Assembly: GCA_026025795.1 (NCBI GenBank)
Contig: JAPEUG010000065.1
Location: 1-60,696, forward strand
DNA length: 60,696 bases
Direction: 5' to 3'
From: Thelocarpon superellum
Lineage: Eukaryota
Part shown: in pieces, positions 31,515 through 45,554 of the stretch
How the letters are laid out: every line of letters starts with the position of its first letter
How positions within the stretch are numbered: position 1 is the first letter of the stretch
Position numbers and translations under genes: made by a program
The notes under the pieces: generated by a model
Database searches by the model: none
The model's input: the letters and a program-made list of their open reading frames with translations, nothing else
Told to the model about the DNA's origin: nothing

Positions 31515-33677
31515 ATGGCGGGGCAATTACTCCTGTACGTGACTGGGCTGTTTCCCGGCCTCGGAGTAGGACGAAGTTTGACAGACGTTTGCTGCAGCGG
31601 CGAGTATCTGGCACTGATCGGATCTCTGATCTTGATCGGGCTTGAAGCCTTCATCCGAGTCATCACCCTGGCATTGCGTGAGCCTTCACCATCCCCTCTC
31701 CCTCTCTGACGCCCTTCGACTGACATCTCTTCAGCCGATCCGGTGATTCGATTCTTCTATAACCGCTCACGAATCATCTTCAATTTCTATTCCCCTCAGC
31801 CTCACAAGAAGAAGAGTCGGTCCACCCCTCACTTCCCTCTCCAGCCCAGCTCGCTAATCGCACGACAGCCATCGTGGATCAAATCCGAGATGCATCCGAC
31901 TTTGTCGACATGTGTGCCCTTTTTGGCTACCACGCCGAGGAGCACATCGTGCAAACCGGGGACGGATACTTCCTGGGCCTGCACCGGCTCGGCTGGCGAA
32001 AGGGCGAAGAGAGCGTCCGGGTCAATGCAGGCCACGGCAGCGTCAAGAAGCCTGTCGTGTACCTGCACCACGGTAGGCCGTATCCGCAAGTTGCGCCCGC
32101 GCCGTCGCTAATCGCTTAGGCATTCTCATGAATAGCGAAGTCTGGGTGTGCATCACGGATCAAGAACGCTGTCTCCCATTTCAGCTCGTGGAGCGCGGAT
32201 ACGACGTCTGGGTTGGTCATCACCTCTCAGAGACATAGACAATGTGCTGACCCCCCGCAGCTGGGCAACAATCGTGGCAACAAATACTCCAAAAAGTCGA
32301 CCATTCATTCCCCAACATCCACGGAATTCTGGAATTTCTCCATCGACGAGTTTGCCTTTCACGACATCCCCGACAGCATCTCCTACATCCTATCCACCAC
32401 GGCTCAACCCTCGCTGTCCTACGTCGGTTTCTCGCAGGGCACGGCGCAGGCATTTGCCTCGCTCTCCGTCCATCCCACCCTCAATGACAAGGTCGACGTC
32501 TTCATCGCCCTGGCGCCCGCCATGTCTCCAGCGGGACTGAGCAACGGCGTGGTCGATGCCCTGATGAAGGCATCGCCCGACGTCATTTTCCTCGCCTTTG
32601 GACGACGTACCATCCTGGGATCGACCACGATGTGGCAAGCCCTCTTATATCCACCACTGTTTGTGCGGATCATCGATCTCTCGCTCTCCTTTCTCTTCAA
32701 CTGGCATGGCCGCAACATCTCCCCCCACCAGAAATTGGCTGCGTACGCGCACCTCTACTCATTCACCTCTACGAAATCGGTGGTGCACTGGTTCCAGATC
32801 ATCCGTACCAAGAGCTTTCAGATGTATGATGACGATACAACTTCGATGCTCAATCTTGGAGGCGGGGGTAAGTACTCGAAGAAACATCGATATCCTACGA
32901 GAAACATCAAGACCCCGACCGTCTTGGTATACGGGGGATCCGATAGTTTGGTGGACATCACTGTGATGTTGAAGGAGCTTCCCCAGCATACGATCGCGAA
33001 AGAAGTAGGCGTTGCCCACGATTCAACCAGCCTCCCCGTCAGATGCTGATGTGGCGCCCGCCTCGTTCTAGATCCCTCATTACGAACATCTCGACTTCCT
33101 CTGGGGGAATGAGCTCGATCAACTTGTCTTTCCCCACGTATTCTCCGCCTTAGACACATATGCCGCGAAGGACCACGCCCTGGCACGCCATCAGTCACCA
33201 TCACCACTGACCAAGCCGTCTCACCCGGCCGTGTCCCGCAGCCGCGTCGGAAACGAAAAACTGGCGCCGAATGGCCTTGCAAGCACGAACGTAGGCAATG
33301 CGCCTACTGAACCTGATGATTTTAACTCCATTCGTTCCAAGCCGTCCAGCGCCACGACTGCCCCCTCAGAGAACTCCTGGCTCTCTGAGGGGTCCCTTAA
33401 ATCACCCAAGTCGGAGAAGGCGGCCAGGGAACAGGATTCTCCATCTCACAACACATCCACGGGGAAGAAATCGCAGTCCAGATCCAGAAAGCTCAGTAGC
33501 AAACGGAGCATCGAGAGTCTGACGGGCGGGTTCACGGGGGCTAGCACGGGGGCCGGGGGAATCTTCCCGGGGGCCAACGGTATTACCAACAAGTCGAAGC
33601 CTGGAGTTGGGGTTGGGGTCGAGGGCATCACCCTCGGGGCCAGTAAGGCCGTGACAGGCCTAGAGAGCGGGGCGTGA
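31515..33677 (+). CDS. TGL1: Sterol esterase/triacylglycerol lipase (AB-hydrolase associated lipase, Tgl1-like)
   Basis: Multi-exon gene. N-terminal TM EYLALIGSLILIGLEAFIR; motifs EEHIVQTGDGYFLGLHRL, GNNRGNKYS, nucleophile GFSQG, GGSDSLVD and YEHLDFLW; Ser-rich tail. Start codon uncertain. Confidence 0.9.
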
Positions 33678-34426
33678 TTCCCCGCTCTATATCACACGAG
33701 TAGACCTTGTGTGACTGTACTTTACCACCATGATGCGCATATTTCCACATCTAGATTTACAACCTCTCTCGATCCACGCACTCACCTCCATGCTGGCACT
33801 TTACTTACGAGGACAGTCCCGAGATGATCAGCAGGGGAAGGAACAGGTATCAAGTCAAAGCCGGGGGTCAAACTAAGATCAACTAAAAGTCAAGTCAAAT
33901 AAGGAAAGGTCAGGCCAAGGCGGGGGCTTGCTCCTTGTTTCTCCGCCTACTCTTTTCTTCGTCTCCGCCATCCCCCTCGACCTTCCGTTCCACGATTCCT
34001 GTCTTTCGTGTTCCCTTCGCTCCCACTTCCCTTCCCCTCTATTCCGTTCCCGTCGTCGATGGCTGCCTCGTTGACGAATTACTCTACGCCTCTCCCATCT
34101 GCCGTGTTCCCGACGTTGAGCCCGCCGTTCTTGGAGTCGAAGTAAGGTCAAGACACAATGGAAGCGGCGGAGGGGAGGGAGGGAAGAGAAAGGTAGAAGG
34201 AGACGAGGGAATGAGATCTTGATCGAGATCGGACACGTCGGTGGGACGGACGGGCTCACAGCATTAGTACAAAAGGAAGTGGAAAGGGAAGTAAAAGGAG
34301 AAGAGGAGGAAAAGAGAAGCGGGGTGGAAGGTGGCCAGAGTGCTTTTGGTTCTTGTCTTGTCAAGATTCGACATCGGAGTGGTCGCAGCCCTGGCCGACG
34401 ACGACGACATACGATCGAAGTGTCAA

Positions 34427-35958
34427 TCACATCTCGCCATTGGTATCGTCCATGCCCATGCTCTGCTCGCGGTGCATCCGGGCCTCGATCTCCTTCAGCT
34501 GGCTCTCGCGCGCCAACAGTTCCTGTCGCTTCTCGTTGATCTCGCGCTGCACCTTGACTTCGATCTCGCGCAGTTTCTCCTCCTCGCGGCGGAGCTGCTC
34601 TTCCTTGAGTCGTACCGACTGCGATGCCAGGTCCTCGGGGTTCATCGACGAGTCGCTGGAGGAGATGTTAGCAAGGATTGAGATAGGGACCCAAGTGGTG
34701 CACTCACGCAGCAGCGCCTCCATCCACGCTCTTGCTGAGCTTCTCGGTACGGTAATTCTCGTACAGGAAGTCGTGCGTGATCTCCTTCAGATCAGCCAGA
34801 TGGCTATGCAACAGCGCGCTTCGAATGGCCAGGAAGTCCGAATGTCGAGGGTTGTCAACCTCGACCACGCCCCATGGATATTGCCGGGCCCGCACTCTCC
34901 GGCCGCCCACCTCGACTACCTCTTCGGATCCGACGATGGCGAAGGGCATCAGGCCCCGGAGCTCGGCGTTCTCCTCCACCGTGTCCTCGTCATCCTCCTC
35001 GATGTCGTAGGGGAAGTTGTAGACGGGAATGCGGTAGTGTTCGATGTCCTCCATGACCAGCTTCTTGGACTCGGCCAATTCCGCCGGGGTCAAGGAATCC
35101 GCCTTACCAATGACGGGGATGACGTTGACGCGCGGCGACAGGCGCTTCATCAGCTCGATATCGAGCTCTCGGAGGCTGCCACCGCGTTAATTGTGACATG
35201 ATGGCATGTGGACCGGCGGCTACTTACCCGTGACCCGTTGGGGTGATGAAGTAGAGGAGTGCGTGAACCCGATTGTCTCGGAAGCGCGGGTTACGCTTGA
35301 TCCGAGACTCCTCCGCGAGAATGTCGTCGTACTGACGCTCGAGGTATCCCACAATCTCGGAGAAACTAAGGCATGCGTCAGGAAAAGGGACCAGCAAAAA
35401 GGCCCAGGAGCAACCAACCTGGCCTCGTTGTCGATCTGGTCGCCAAAACCGGGGGTGTCGACGATGGTGAGCGAGATGCGAGTGCCCTCTTCATCGAGCT
35501 CAAGCTCTACGGGACCACTGTTTAGCCTCCCATCCCGAATCTTGGGACCGCAAAGGCGGGTAGCATACCGACGGTGATGGGCCGAATCCTCACGCCCTCT
35601 TCGAGGTGGGCATTGGTCGCATCATCCGCGTCCTTGCCCATCAACACTCTCTTGCTACAGAGGGTGTTGACAAAGGTTGTGCGACCTAGCCAATCGTGAT
35701 TAGTCGCACGTTCGAGCCAAGGACGATGCTTGGGCAATCCTACCGGTCCCTGACGCACCGCACACCATGAGACAGAACTGGATCCCCTTCTTGACGTTCT
35801 TCTTCCGGCGCATCTTGATCTGATTGCCGCTCACACGTCAGCGCTCTCGAACTCGACGTAACTGCCAAGATGCCCTGGGGTCGGCGGCAATGGGTAACGG
35901 GGTACAGGGGGGCCGTGGAGGTCGAGGTCGAACCTACCGCGCTCAATGGGGACGACAT
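34427..35958 (-). CDS. CDC11: Septin, Cdc11/AspA group (6 introns)
   Basis: MSSPLSAIKMRRKKNVKKGIQFCLMVCGASGTGRTTFVNTL; motifs DTPGFGD, VIGKADSLT and RQYPWG; C-terminal coiled coil. Confidence 0.93.
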
Positions 35959-37107
35959 GGCTGGGGCTAGGGGTGATCGCCAACGATCACAATGCTGAGC
36001 ACGGCGGTGAGCAGGCGGGATCAAAGGTCAGGATGGAAACAGGGACGGAGGGTGAGGAGGGTGAGCAGATAGCGTGATCGGCGCGAGTAGTGCTGGTGAT
36101 GATTGAGACCTTGAATCACGACAGCTGCGACGATGTGACGGGCAAAGAGCAGAAAGTCTGTCGCGGCTCACCACCGTCCGTCTCTCGCTCGCTCGCTCAC
36201 TTCACTCGCGTTCTCTCACCGGCCGTCGTTTGGTGAAACTAGCGAGCAGGCAGTAAGGGGTTGGTCACAGCTCCTAGCGAGTCCCCCGTAGAATTGATCC
36301 CGCTGCAAGTATTCGCGCTCACCCATCGCGCTGTTCTCGTTCTGCCTCGACCACTAGCACGCTGATTCGTCAACCCCTATTACCGAGATTTTCCCACGAA
36401 TCACCGTCCGTTCTCCGAGGCCTCTCTCAAACCAAACCTACCATATACCATGCCCTTCTCCGTAAATCGTGGGCATTCAGAGACCAGATCCACATGTAGG
36501 ATAGACATTGCACGAAGGAGAATGGCCACCTCTTGAAGCTTAGATCACCATTCACCCGCTGTGGAATACCAGTGTACGTGGGGCCCGATGCTATGTTGCG
36601 AGCGGCGACCTTTCTGCTGGCCAAGAACAATCCCATTGTTAGCCGGCCCCGGTCAGTTGGACGAAGCTCGGAGGGCCGTCCCTGTGCAGAGAAGCACTGC
36701 GATCTCCACGGCGCCTCCGCGCGAGCTGTAGCTTCAGTCTTTTACGATGATCCTCTTGCTATGTTGCCTAGGTCTAAGTACGAAAGAGAATGATCCCGCC
36801 ACCCTCACATCCACAGCGTACCGAAACTGTACTCTGCAGCGCCAGGCTGGCAAACGTTCGCTTGGCCCTTGAGTATCTTTTGGCGATCGCGCTTGTCCCG
36901 GTACCGCGGCAATGTCCGAGACTCGTGAGCTAGATGCCCAAATAGCTCTCCTCCGTACCTCTCACCTGACAGACACTGCCCGGCAATGCCGACATCACGT
37001 CGCGATCATGGATTTTAGCTACCCGCATCCTCTTGGGTCATGATTTGGTCTTCTGCTCTAGGATGGGCTTCAGTACGTCTTCAGGTCGGTAGCCCACGGC
37101 TGCGAAG

Positions 37108-38530
37108 ATGAACACCAGACAACCTATCGACCGTTCAGACGGCCCCACTTCCCTATCGGCTGCCTTCAACCAAGATGGCAGCTGTTTCTCCGTCGGCTTG
37201 GACATGGGATTCTGCGGTGAGGACGGCCTAGCTTCGCCGTATGGTCGCGGCTAACTGGGCCACAGTCTTCAACTCGGAACCATGTGAGATGAAGGTCTCT
37301 CGGGGTCAGCCTCAAGTCCGATGCCGCTTCCTTCGTCGTGACTGACCCGCGAAACGGCAGACTTCAACGCCGGGATCGCCGTGGCCGAAATGCTGGGCCG
37401 AGCGAATTTCCTCGCCCTTGTAGGTGGTGGGAAACAACCCAAGTTTCCGCAGAACAAGGTCGGTAAGCTTTATGTGCGACCGGGCCGCCATGCTTCCCGA
37501 CTTGGCCGGACGTTGATTCGGGTCGCCAGGTTGTCATCTGGGACGATGCCAAAGAAAAGGCCGTCATCACGCTCGAGTTTCGGACACCGGTCCAGAGCGT
37601 CCGCCTCTCGCGCACCCGCATCGTCGTCGTCCTCCGGAATAGCGTGCACATCTATAGCTTCTCCTCCCCACCGGAGAAGGTGTCTGCTTTCGAGACGACC
37701 GACAACACACCAGGCTTATGTTGTCTTGGTACCAGCTTCATTGCCTTTCCCGGCCGAACCCCGGGCCAAGTGCAGCTCGTCGAGGCGGCACGGCGCAATG
37801 TGAGCATCATTCCCGCTCACGCCGCGCCGTTACGTGCCTTGGCCCTGAGTGCCAATGAAGAGCTCCTAGCCACCGCAAGTGAGACTGTAGGTTGCTCTCA
37901 TCGTTATGGATTCCGCATACGCTAATGAGACACTAGGGTACGCTGATTCGCATCTTCTCCACGGCGAACTGCGCACGAGTTGCCGAGCTACGACGAGGCG
38001 TAGACCATGCCACCATCTTTTCACTCGCCATCTCCCCGTCCAGTACCCTCCTCGCCGTCACGTCTGACAAATCTACCCTTCATATTTTTGATCTACCACA
38101 TGCTCTGGATGCAGCTCACCCCGAGCCCACCAACAGCGAGCGGCAGCGTCGTACTCTCAGCAACGCCTCCATCGCGAACGCCGGGGTCGACGAGGGCGAG
38201 AGTCAGAAGTGGGGCATCCTGGGCAAGATCCCAATGATGCCGCGTGTCTTCTCCGACGTGTACTCCTTCACCTCGGCCCACTTCGAGATGGGCGACGAGC
38301 CGGTGTCTAGCGCCGGAAGCGCCCTTCCCCCCTCGGCCAATGCCATCATGACGGGCATCCCCGGGGGCCGCCCGGCCAAAGGCGTGATTGGCTGGACGAG
38401 CGATGAGAGCCTCATCATCCTTGGAGCCGGACGAGATGGACGGTGGGAGCGCTTTCTGATTGGAGAAGATGAAGAAGGCAAACGGCGTTGTTTTCGTGAA
38501 GGCTGGCGCCGTTATCTTGGGCAATCATGA
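37108..38530 (+). CDS. HSV2: PROPPIN WD40 phosphoinositide-binding protein (Hsv2/SVP1-like protein 2; 4 introns)
   Basis: MNTRQPID...FNQDGSCFSVG; LALVGGGKQPKFPQNK; IIPAH; LATASETGTLIR; ELRRG motif; TSDKSTLHIF. Confidence 0.93.
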
Positions 38531-38814
38531 TGTACATACCGCCGGCTTTGATGAGCCACTGGGCCCGGGACGATAGCCTCGGATCTATCAGCCGAGCTAC
38601 GTGCAAGATAACGGGCTTCTGAGTCTCGTGTGCGGCTCTTTCAGCTCCCATAGAGCTCATGACCGACTGCTGTGCGTTGGTATTAGACAGGCCAGAACCG
38701 CTTGGGGTGGTGGAGAATAAGATCGTACTTGACGCGTAGGTCTGCCTCTCTTGATTTGTTGCGCGCCGCCCCATGGTAACGTGGTGTGATCTGGGAGGAG
38801 ATGGCATGATTCAT

Positions 38815-39622
38815 TCAACGCCGCCGCTCTCGTGAGGGTTCTCGCGGACGGGAAGCGCGGTGATGCCGATGGCGATGGCGGTCCTCTCGGCCCTTCCCAT
38901 CTCGAGATCTGTCCCGATGCCGATGTCGGTGACGACGTCCGCTTTCGTTCTCGCCTCGTCGCTTTCTCTCCTTTCTCTGCAACGCCAACGCTTGATCGAC
39001 TTCCTCTTGTTTCTCCTTGATCAGGTACTCCTTCATGGGATCGTCGTCGTCATGTTCGTGGATCAGCCTGGCCAGCTCCTCTTCCTCCTTGAGCAGCGGT
39101 CTGGCCCCTCCCTCGCTCGCGCTTCCGTCGTTCATCTCCACATCCACCTGTCCTCGGTCATCCTTGTCCTGCGCCTGACTGAGCCCCGCCAGATTATCAC
39201 CCAACTCATCCTCGTCTTTTCGCTTGTATCTCGTGTGGTCGACCTTGAGCGTCCGCCCCATCACCGTGGCGCCCCCAAGATTATCCACGGCCAGATCTGT
39301 GCTCCGTTGGTCTTCATATTTGAGAAAGGCAAAGCCTTTCGACTTGCCCGTCTCCTTGTCCCGTAGCAAGTTGACGTGCACGGGTTCGCCGAACTGCGAG
39401 AAGATTGCGATGACATCCCCTTCAGACAGCTCGAAGGGAAGACCGCCGATGTAGATGTACGCGGTGTCGCGATAATCGGCATGCCAGGATGCTTCGGGAG
39501 AGCTGAAAGGGGTTCTTAGCATGCCACGGAATCTGGACCAGCCATGATTGATCGGATGGCGCTCACACTCCGTTCTCAATCTCCCGCTTGTTCAGCGCCT
39601 GGATCTCGCGGATGGTGTTCAT
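38815..39622 (-). CDS. IST3: RES complex/U2 snRNP RRM protein Ist3/Snu17 (RBMX2)
   Basis: Exons 39622-39567 and 39502-38815: MNTIREIQALNKREIENGVSPEASWHADYRDTAYIYIGGLP...YEDQRSTDLAVDNL...VDH; Arg/His-rich tail. Confidence 0.94.
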
Positions 39623-40192
39623 CGTAGACCGCGGATCTCACCGACCACCGGACGGGGAGGGGAATATCCCGTTCAAGAATTCATCAGCGGCTTCGGAAGA
39701 ATCAGGGAGAAGATTAGAAGGTCGTAAGATAACTTGAGGTTCTTTGGGCGAGAAACGATCCGTCACAAAGGTCCCCCAAGCCCTCCTCCCTCAGCTATTC
39801 CACCACAGCGCCGTCGATCTGAAGGCGTCTCTATTGTGTTCATGATATTTGACGTGCAACTCGACATTGAATTGATATCGTTGTAGCAAAGAGGATCGGC
39901 AATTCGACTGCACGTGACGAGAACCTGTGCACGACCGCGTGGATCACATGATTTCACCATGTCAACAATTGGGCGTCATTATTCACGTCGTCAATGAGTC
40001 GTAGGGGAGCGGCGGTCCAAGCTTAGGGGTGGCTTGTGGTCACCCTATTCTTTCTTTACTGCCTCCTGGTGCGCAGGAAGGCTTGATCCAAGTGTCAAAC
40101 GACGACTGCCACTGGTGTGGCGTGTGACGAGCTCTCTTCTCGAGCCCGCCTGGGCGTCCGGGACGGTGGGCCCTGTCCACCAAGCGTTGACA

Positions 40193-42088
40193 ATGAGGCA
40201 AGTCTCCAAGACCTATATCGCGGAGGGCGAGCCCCGACCAGGGACCAGTGATGGAAAGAAGCCGGACATGTGGTCGTCCATGTTGGACGGGGTGGCGAGC
40301 GGGAAACGACTGCCTGAGAAGACGCTTCTGGTCCTAGGTCAGTGGGCGTCATCGTGGATGATGATCTATCCTGGAGGACGACCGCTGACCGCCGCTTCCT
40401 GCTAGGCGGTTCGTCCGAGTCACAAAGGTCCTTCCTTGAGGGTTTGTCCGACGATCCCAGCTCCTCCAAAGCTCCCGATCGACCTTCGACCAAAGCGTCA
40501 CACATTGCGAACCAGTTCGCTCTGGGCTATGCCTATCACGATGTGCTTGATACGGACCATGAAGGTTGATGGCCCTCGATTCTGTCCCCGTTCCCGGCTG
40601 ATTTCTCAGATACTCTCGCGAGACTCTCACTCTACCTCCTCTCCGACCCTTCACCCGCCTTTACCCCGCTCCTTCGCCCTCTATTGACGCCCCATACCAT
40701 CCGCAACACCTTACTCGTTGTTCTCCTCGACTGGGCCCAGCCATGGGCGTGGCTCAGACAGCTACGGCAGTGGATTCGACTCTTGCGGTCACTGCTGACC
40801 TCACTCGATGATGACTGCAAGGAAGCCATGGAGGAGACGATGATCAGCTGGCGGGACCGTGGACGGGGTGGGGCAACGCTCGATGGTGGAGAAGGTGGTG
40901 CAGGATCCGAGGGAGACATCTCACTGCCACTGGGTCCCGGAGAATGGGACGAGGCGCTCGGCATGCCATTATGCGTCGTGTGTCAACACGTCAGTCACCG
41001 TTTGGAAGTCTCGGACCGACTCGCTAAAGCGATCATAGGCGGATCATATCGACGTGCTCGAGAAGGACCGAGGCTGGCGTGAGGAAGAATTCGACTTTGT
41101 GCTCCAGTTTATCCGGACGATACTATTGAAGCGTGTGTGTTCGGAAGCAACGGGCACTTGGGGTTTTGGCTGACGGTCAAATCACAGACGGGGCATCGTT
41201 GATCTACACGTCGGCATCAGCGCCTCATTCTCTCCAAAGCTTGGTTCATTCCTCGTTGGGAATTCAATCGCTGCTCAAGCGACAGGCTCTAAAGCACAAC
41301 GTGATCGATCGAAGCAAAATCCTCATCCCTCCGAACTGGGATTCGTGGGGCAAGATTCGGGTGTTGAGGGAGGGTTTCGACGTGGAGGGGGTCAGCACCG
41401 GGTGGTCACGGGATATTGAAAGCCTCCCTATCCCAACGCCCAACGAAGATGAGATCGCCAACAAGGCTGATGATGGGCACACTAACGGGGAGACGGCTCC
41501 GACAGAGGCTGCCGCCACGGACAGCACCGCATTGGGGGTCTACGAAGATACGATCCGTGATCCGCGCGGCGATAACCTTCTGGATGTTCCTTCCGCCAAC
41601 GACAAACCGACGCCCATCGAGGTGGAATGTCTGAGTACCCAAGAGTTCCTCGCGAAGCAAGTGGAGGTCTTAGAGACCCTCCGGGTGGAGGAAGAGCAGG
41701 GGCGGAGCGCCGAAGATGCAGCCAAAGACGCGTCCACGCGACAGGCGCCCCATCTCAGCACACGTGACCGCATGGCCACTGACGATAGCCGGCGGGTGAA
41801 CGAGCATATTGGGCCGGTGCAGTTCAACATGGGGGGTATCCAAGTCGATGCCGATGATATGCTCAAGCGTTTGAAGGTATGATGTTCCGTACTACCTGGC
41901 GGCCCCCGGGTGTACGAGGGCTAACAGGCATGTAGGAACGAGAGGCTCTCCGCACGCCGGAGCCACAATCGACCAATTCCGCCGTGGCGTCGCCGGACGG
42001 TAAGTCGCAGAATGAAGCGTTGGCGTCCTTCTTCGCCGGGTTGATGAAGCGTGGCGGCTCGGCGGCAAACAGTCCGCGGTCAAATTGA
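40193..42088 (+). CDS. Cytoplasmic dynein light intermediate chain (5 introns)
   Basis: Motifs MWSSMLDGVASGKRLPEK, ANQFALGY, LGPGEWDEALG, IPPNWDSWGKIRVLREGFD and HIGPVQFNMGGIQVDADDML; C-terminal adaptor helix NEALASFFAGLMK. Confidence 0.92.
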
Positions 42089-42679
42089 GTTGCGTCCTTT
42101 TGGTCGCTGTGCTCATGAAGCCCCTTGGCCAGTCGTACTTCATAGCTCGAATTGCTTTGTATCTGTAGAACAACTTCATAGCAGTATATGCCATTGCGAG
42201 GACTGGCTGTCTGATGTGACCGGGCTCCTCCTATGGGCGAACTTATCGAGCGGCAAGCTAATACGCAGTGCTTGTTCATTTTTCATGGTCTCACATGAGG
42301 TACATGCGGTATTGAATCGGGAAGTTCTCCACCACCAGATCACCTCGCGTGTTGGAGTGCCTTGAGGTGCCCTACAGTATCGACAGATGGTGTATACAAT
42401 TGGAGGCGCCCTGTGCTATTACCAGAGAGTATACACAATTACAGGCAATCTGTACTGATGATAGAGAGTGAATGCATTGAGTAGAGCGTCGTGGTATCAT
42501 CCACGAGGTATGTCTAACAATAACTTTGGGCTGATTGGAGTGCCTTTTGAGCACACATTGGAGAGCAAAGGACAGCAGAGGCACGTCCGCGCCCAGGGCA
42601 AGGAAGACTATTAAGCATCTGCAGAGGTGGATATCGGAAGGACTCGTCATTTTTTCCGTGTCATCGTGCTCGTCAACGT

Positions 42680-43183
42680 TTATAAGACTGGTCCTGGAGG
42701 TGCTCCCGTCTCCGTGATCTTATCCTCGTCCTCATCTGTAATCATACGGTTTCGAAGCCGCTGGATATCGCCGTCATTCAAGCCGCATTCTTGCTTCAGG
42801 TAGCCCTCTGCGCTTCCCCACTTCGCGTGCATCATTTCTAACGCTGCTAGCATGTTGTTTGCCCTGTGCGCCCAACTCAGGTTAGTCGGTCCATGCGTCC
42901 ATTGCTGGTGCGTAAGTATCGGTAACGCGACGGGTGATGCTGATGCTGACCTCGCTGATACCATGTTCGACGCCCCCTCTCGCTTCCCCTCCAGTGCTGG
43001 GTGTTTCATCAGATGGTCGATGATGCGCGGGATCCACTCCGTGAGTCCCAGCTCCGTGAGTTCATACTCGCGCGCGATCGTGGCCTCGTCCACGCCGCAG
43101 AGCGAGAGGATCAACGCGACCAGAACGCCGGTTCGATCTTTTCCTGCCGTGCAGTGGATCAGACACGCCTGTGGCGGCGACGG

Positions 43184-43230
<47 letters not shown>

Positions 43231-43782
43231 TTGGCGCCGATCCGGAGGAACTCGGTGCACCCGAGGCAAGATGCAGCAGGATGGTCCGGTAGGCAGGCCC
43301 GGCGGACTTCAGAATGTCATAGTATGCACGCTGAAATCCCTATCCAGCGCCCACCATTGGTTAGCCAGGGACGCCAGCAGCCATTCCCGGCAGTGCGTGC
43401 ATCGTACCTCGTGGCCGTCGCTGCTTGCATAGTCCCGATACCGCAGGGCAATATGCTCCGGGGAGTAGTCCTGGTCCTTGAAGACGGGAACGAAGACCCG
43501 CTGCGTATGTGGGATCTCCACCACGGGCGAGCGATCCTTGGCAGATTCAATCTCCGGCCCGCTCCGTAAGTCGAAGACAGTCGTGATCCCCAAGGCGCGC
43601 ACCACGGCCATGCCGGCGTGGGTGATCTGGGAGGGCTCTGCACTGCGGTAGAGCTGCCCGCGCCGGATCCTTGACCGGCCCGGAGCGGACGTCGTGCGGC
43701 CTAGGGTCGTTGGGTAGCCACCGATGTCGCGGAAGTTGTGGATCCCTTCCACGAGCACGAAGGGCGGTGACGGTGGCGTCAT
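42680..43782 (-). CDS. PtpB/IphP-like tyrosine/serine (atypical lipid) phosphatase, Y_phosphatase3 family
   Basis: Introns at 43340-43407 and 42864-42950. Motifs NFRDIGGY, LYRSA and DLRS; P-loop HCTAGKDRTG; EYELT. Confidence 0.92.
43193..43228. repeat. (CGA)12 coding microsatellite encoding Ser12 in the phosphatase
   Basis: Reads TCG x12 on the minus strand, followed by CCG/TCG units (PSPPSPP). Confidence 0.92.
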
Positions 43783-45530
43783 GGCGGCCCGTCTCGGTCT
43801 GGCCCAGGAGACAGCGGCCGTCCTCTCCGAAGCGGTCTGGAGATCGGACGATGACGAGGGTCTGGCCCGGTCAGCATCTGGTCCATTCTAATGGCGCACC
43901 TGCGCGAGCCTCTTTGACGTTACACATACCAAATCCACGGGCATCTCACGAGCCTTGCAGCTGCGAAGGGCCAGGCATCTTTAAGTGACCTGTCACATCT
44001 GACGGAGCGTCCTCCCATCGTGGCGTCCACTATAAGTTGGAGCCGAGGCGGTCTTGTCTTTACTTGCGGAACGGGTGGGCGATCATGGCTACCCGACTCT
44101 CAGGTTCGTCCAATCGGGGGGGAGTGCCGTAAGGCGAGCGTCCGCCCAGTGAGCTGGCCACGAGCGAGCCTCCTGACTCGTCCACGTCACAGTGAGGACG
44201 CTTCCGTAGCCCTGAAGCCGTTGTGCGACCACTGTACAGTTATGAATCATCGTCGGCGCATCCACAGAAGCATTCTGAAAATGCAGAGGCAATTACTCTA
44301 GTGCAGCATCCCCGCCTGCCCCAGCTAGTCCCCGCCCCTCCTGTCCGAGCATTTCGCGGTTCAAGCAAAAATATGCTGTGATGTGTGCTCGTAGCATGTT
44401 AGTGGTGTAGATCGGTTTGAGGTAGTCCGGCGTGGGGGCATCATCTACAGCTTCGTTGGCGTTGGCCGTGGGTCAGGAGATTTTAGACGCAAGAACATGG
44501 CTACCCCACCGAATTCTCAGTTGGGAAAGCTGTAACGGACGGCGCTCTCGACTGTATCACGATCGACGCAAAATACTAATTACGAGAACACCAAAAAGAT
44601 TGTCTTCCTGTGCATCAACCGGGAGTCGAACTGTGTTGTAATTAGGCAATAGTTACTGGGGTGGATGATAATCGAGCTTACCCCGGGTCCCTTGCTGATT
44701 TCACATGGAAGGCAAATATTCTACCGTTGAACCATTGATGCGTAGATCGAAATTTCGCCAAGTAATCAATATAATGTCCATTCAGGATTTTTGCCTGCCT
44801 CTACCATTACGTAGATCCGACAATTTTTACTTCGACGGCATTCGTGACGCCGGACAACATTTCGCCGCCATACCCGAGGAGACTACATTAAAGACGCGCG
44901 TGACGACTTCCTTTTCCCAGAGACACGGCCCCTCGTCCAATGATGATGCCCCATCGCAAAAGCGAGGAGGGAAAGACGGTACCCAAGCCACCTGGGCAGT
45001 TTCAGCCGAATATTGGTTGAGGAGCCAAATGATTGGGCAAGCGCGGCAAACGCGTCTTGCATAAGCCTTGGCCTTGGAGTGATGATCCTGAGATGAGGCC
45101 GGTCTAGGCCTGCTGTCTCTCCTATCCGTACAGATCAGGCAACGCTGTGTCTTTAGATCAAACAATCCACATTGGTCTTTAGCTTCGCCGGCTCAAGTCT
45201 GGTCAGGAAGTGGAATTCTATGCAACCGAGCCCTGCCTAACGGCCGTGACATGACCGCCTGACGAGGATTCCTTCGGTTCTCGGAAGAGGCTGACGAAGT
45301 CGGACTTGTTCGATGCTTGGGGGCCCTCCGGCCTGTGTGCTCGGGTAGCGCGGGACTGGGGCATGTTGGCCCTGGCCCGAAGGCGTTCGGCTCCCGCCCC
45401 CCGTCACTCCGCGCCCATACTACTCCCCGAGCTCGAGAGGATCCGATGCAGCGCTCGTACCAGACCGATGGAGTCTCCATGCTGCTCTCTTTCCGCTGTA
45501 CCGCGCAGACCGTGGAGCAAACGAGATTGC

Positions 45531-45554
45531 CACCTGCACCTGCACCTGCACCTG
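45531..45554. repeat. (CACCTG)4 hexamer repeat
   Basis: Read directly from the sequence. Confidence 0.85.
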
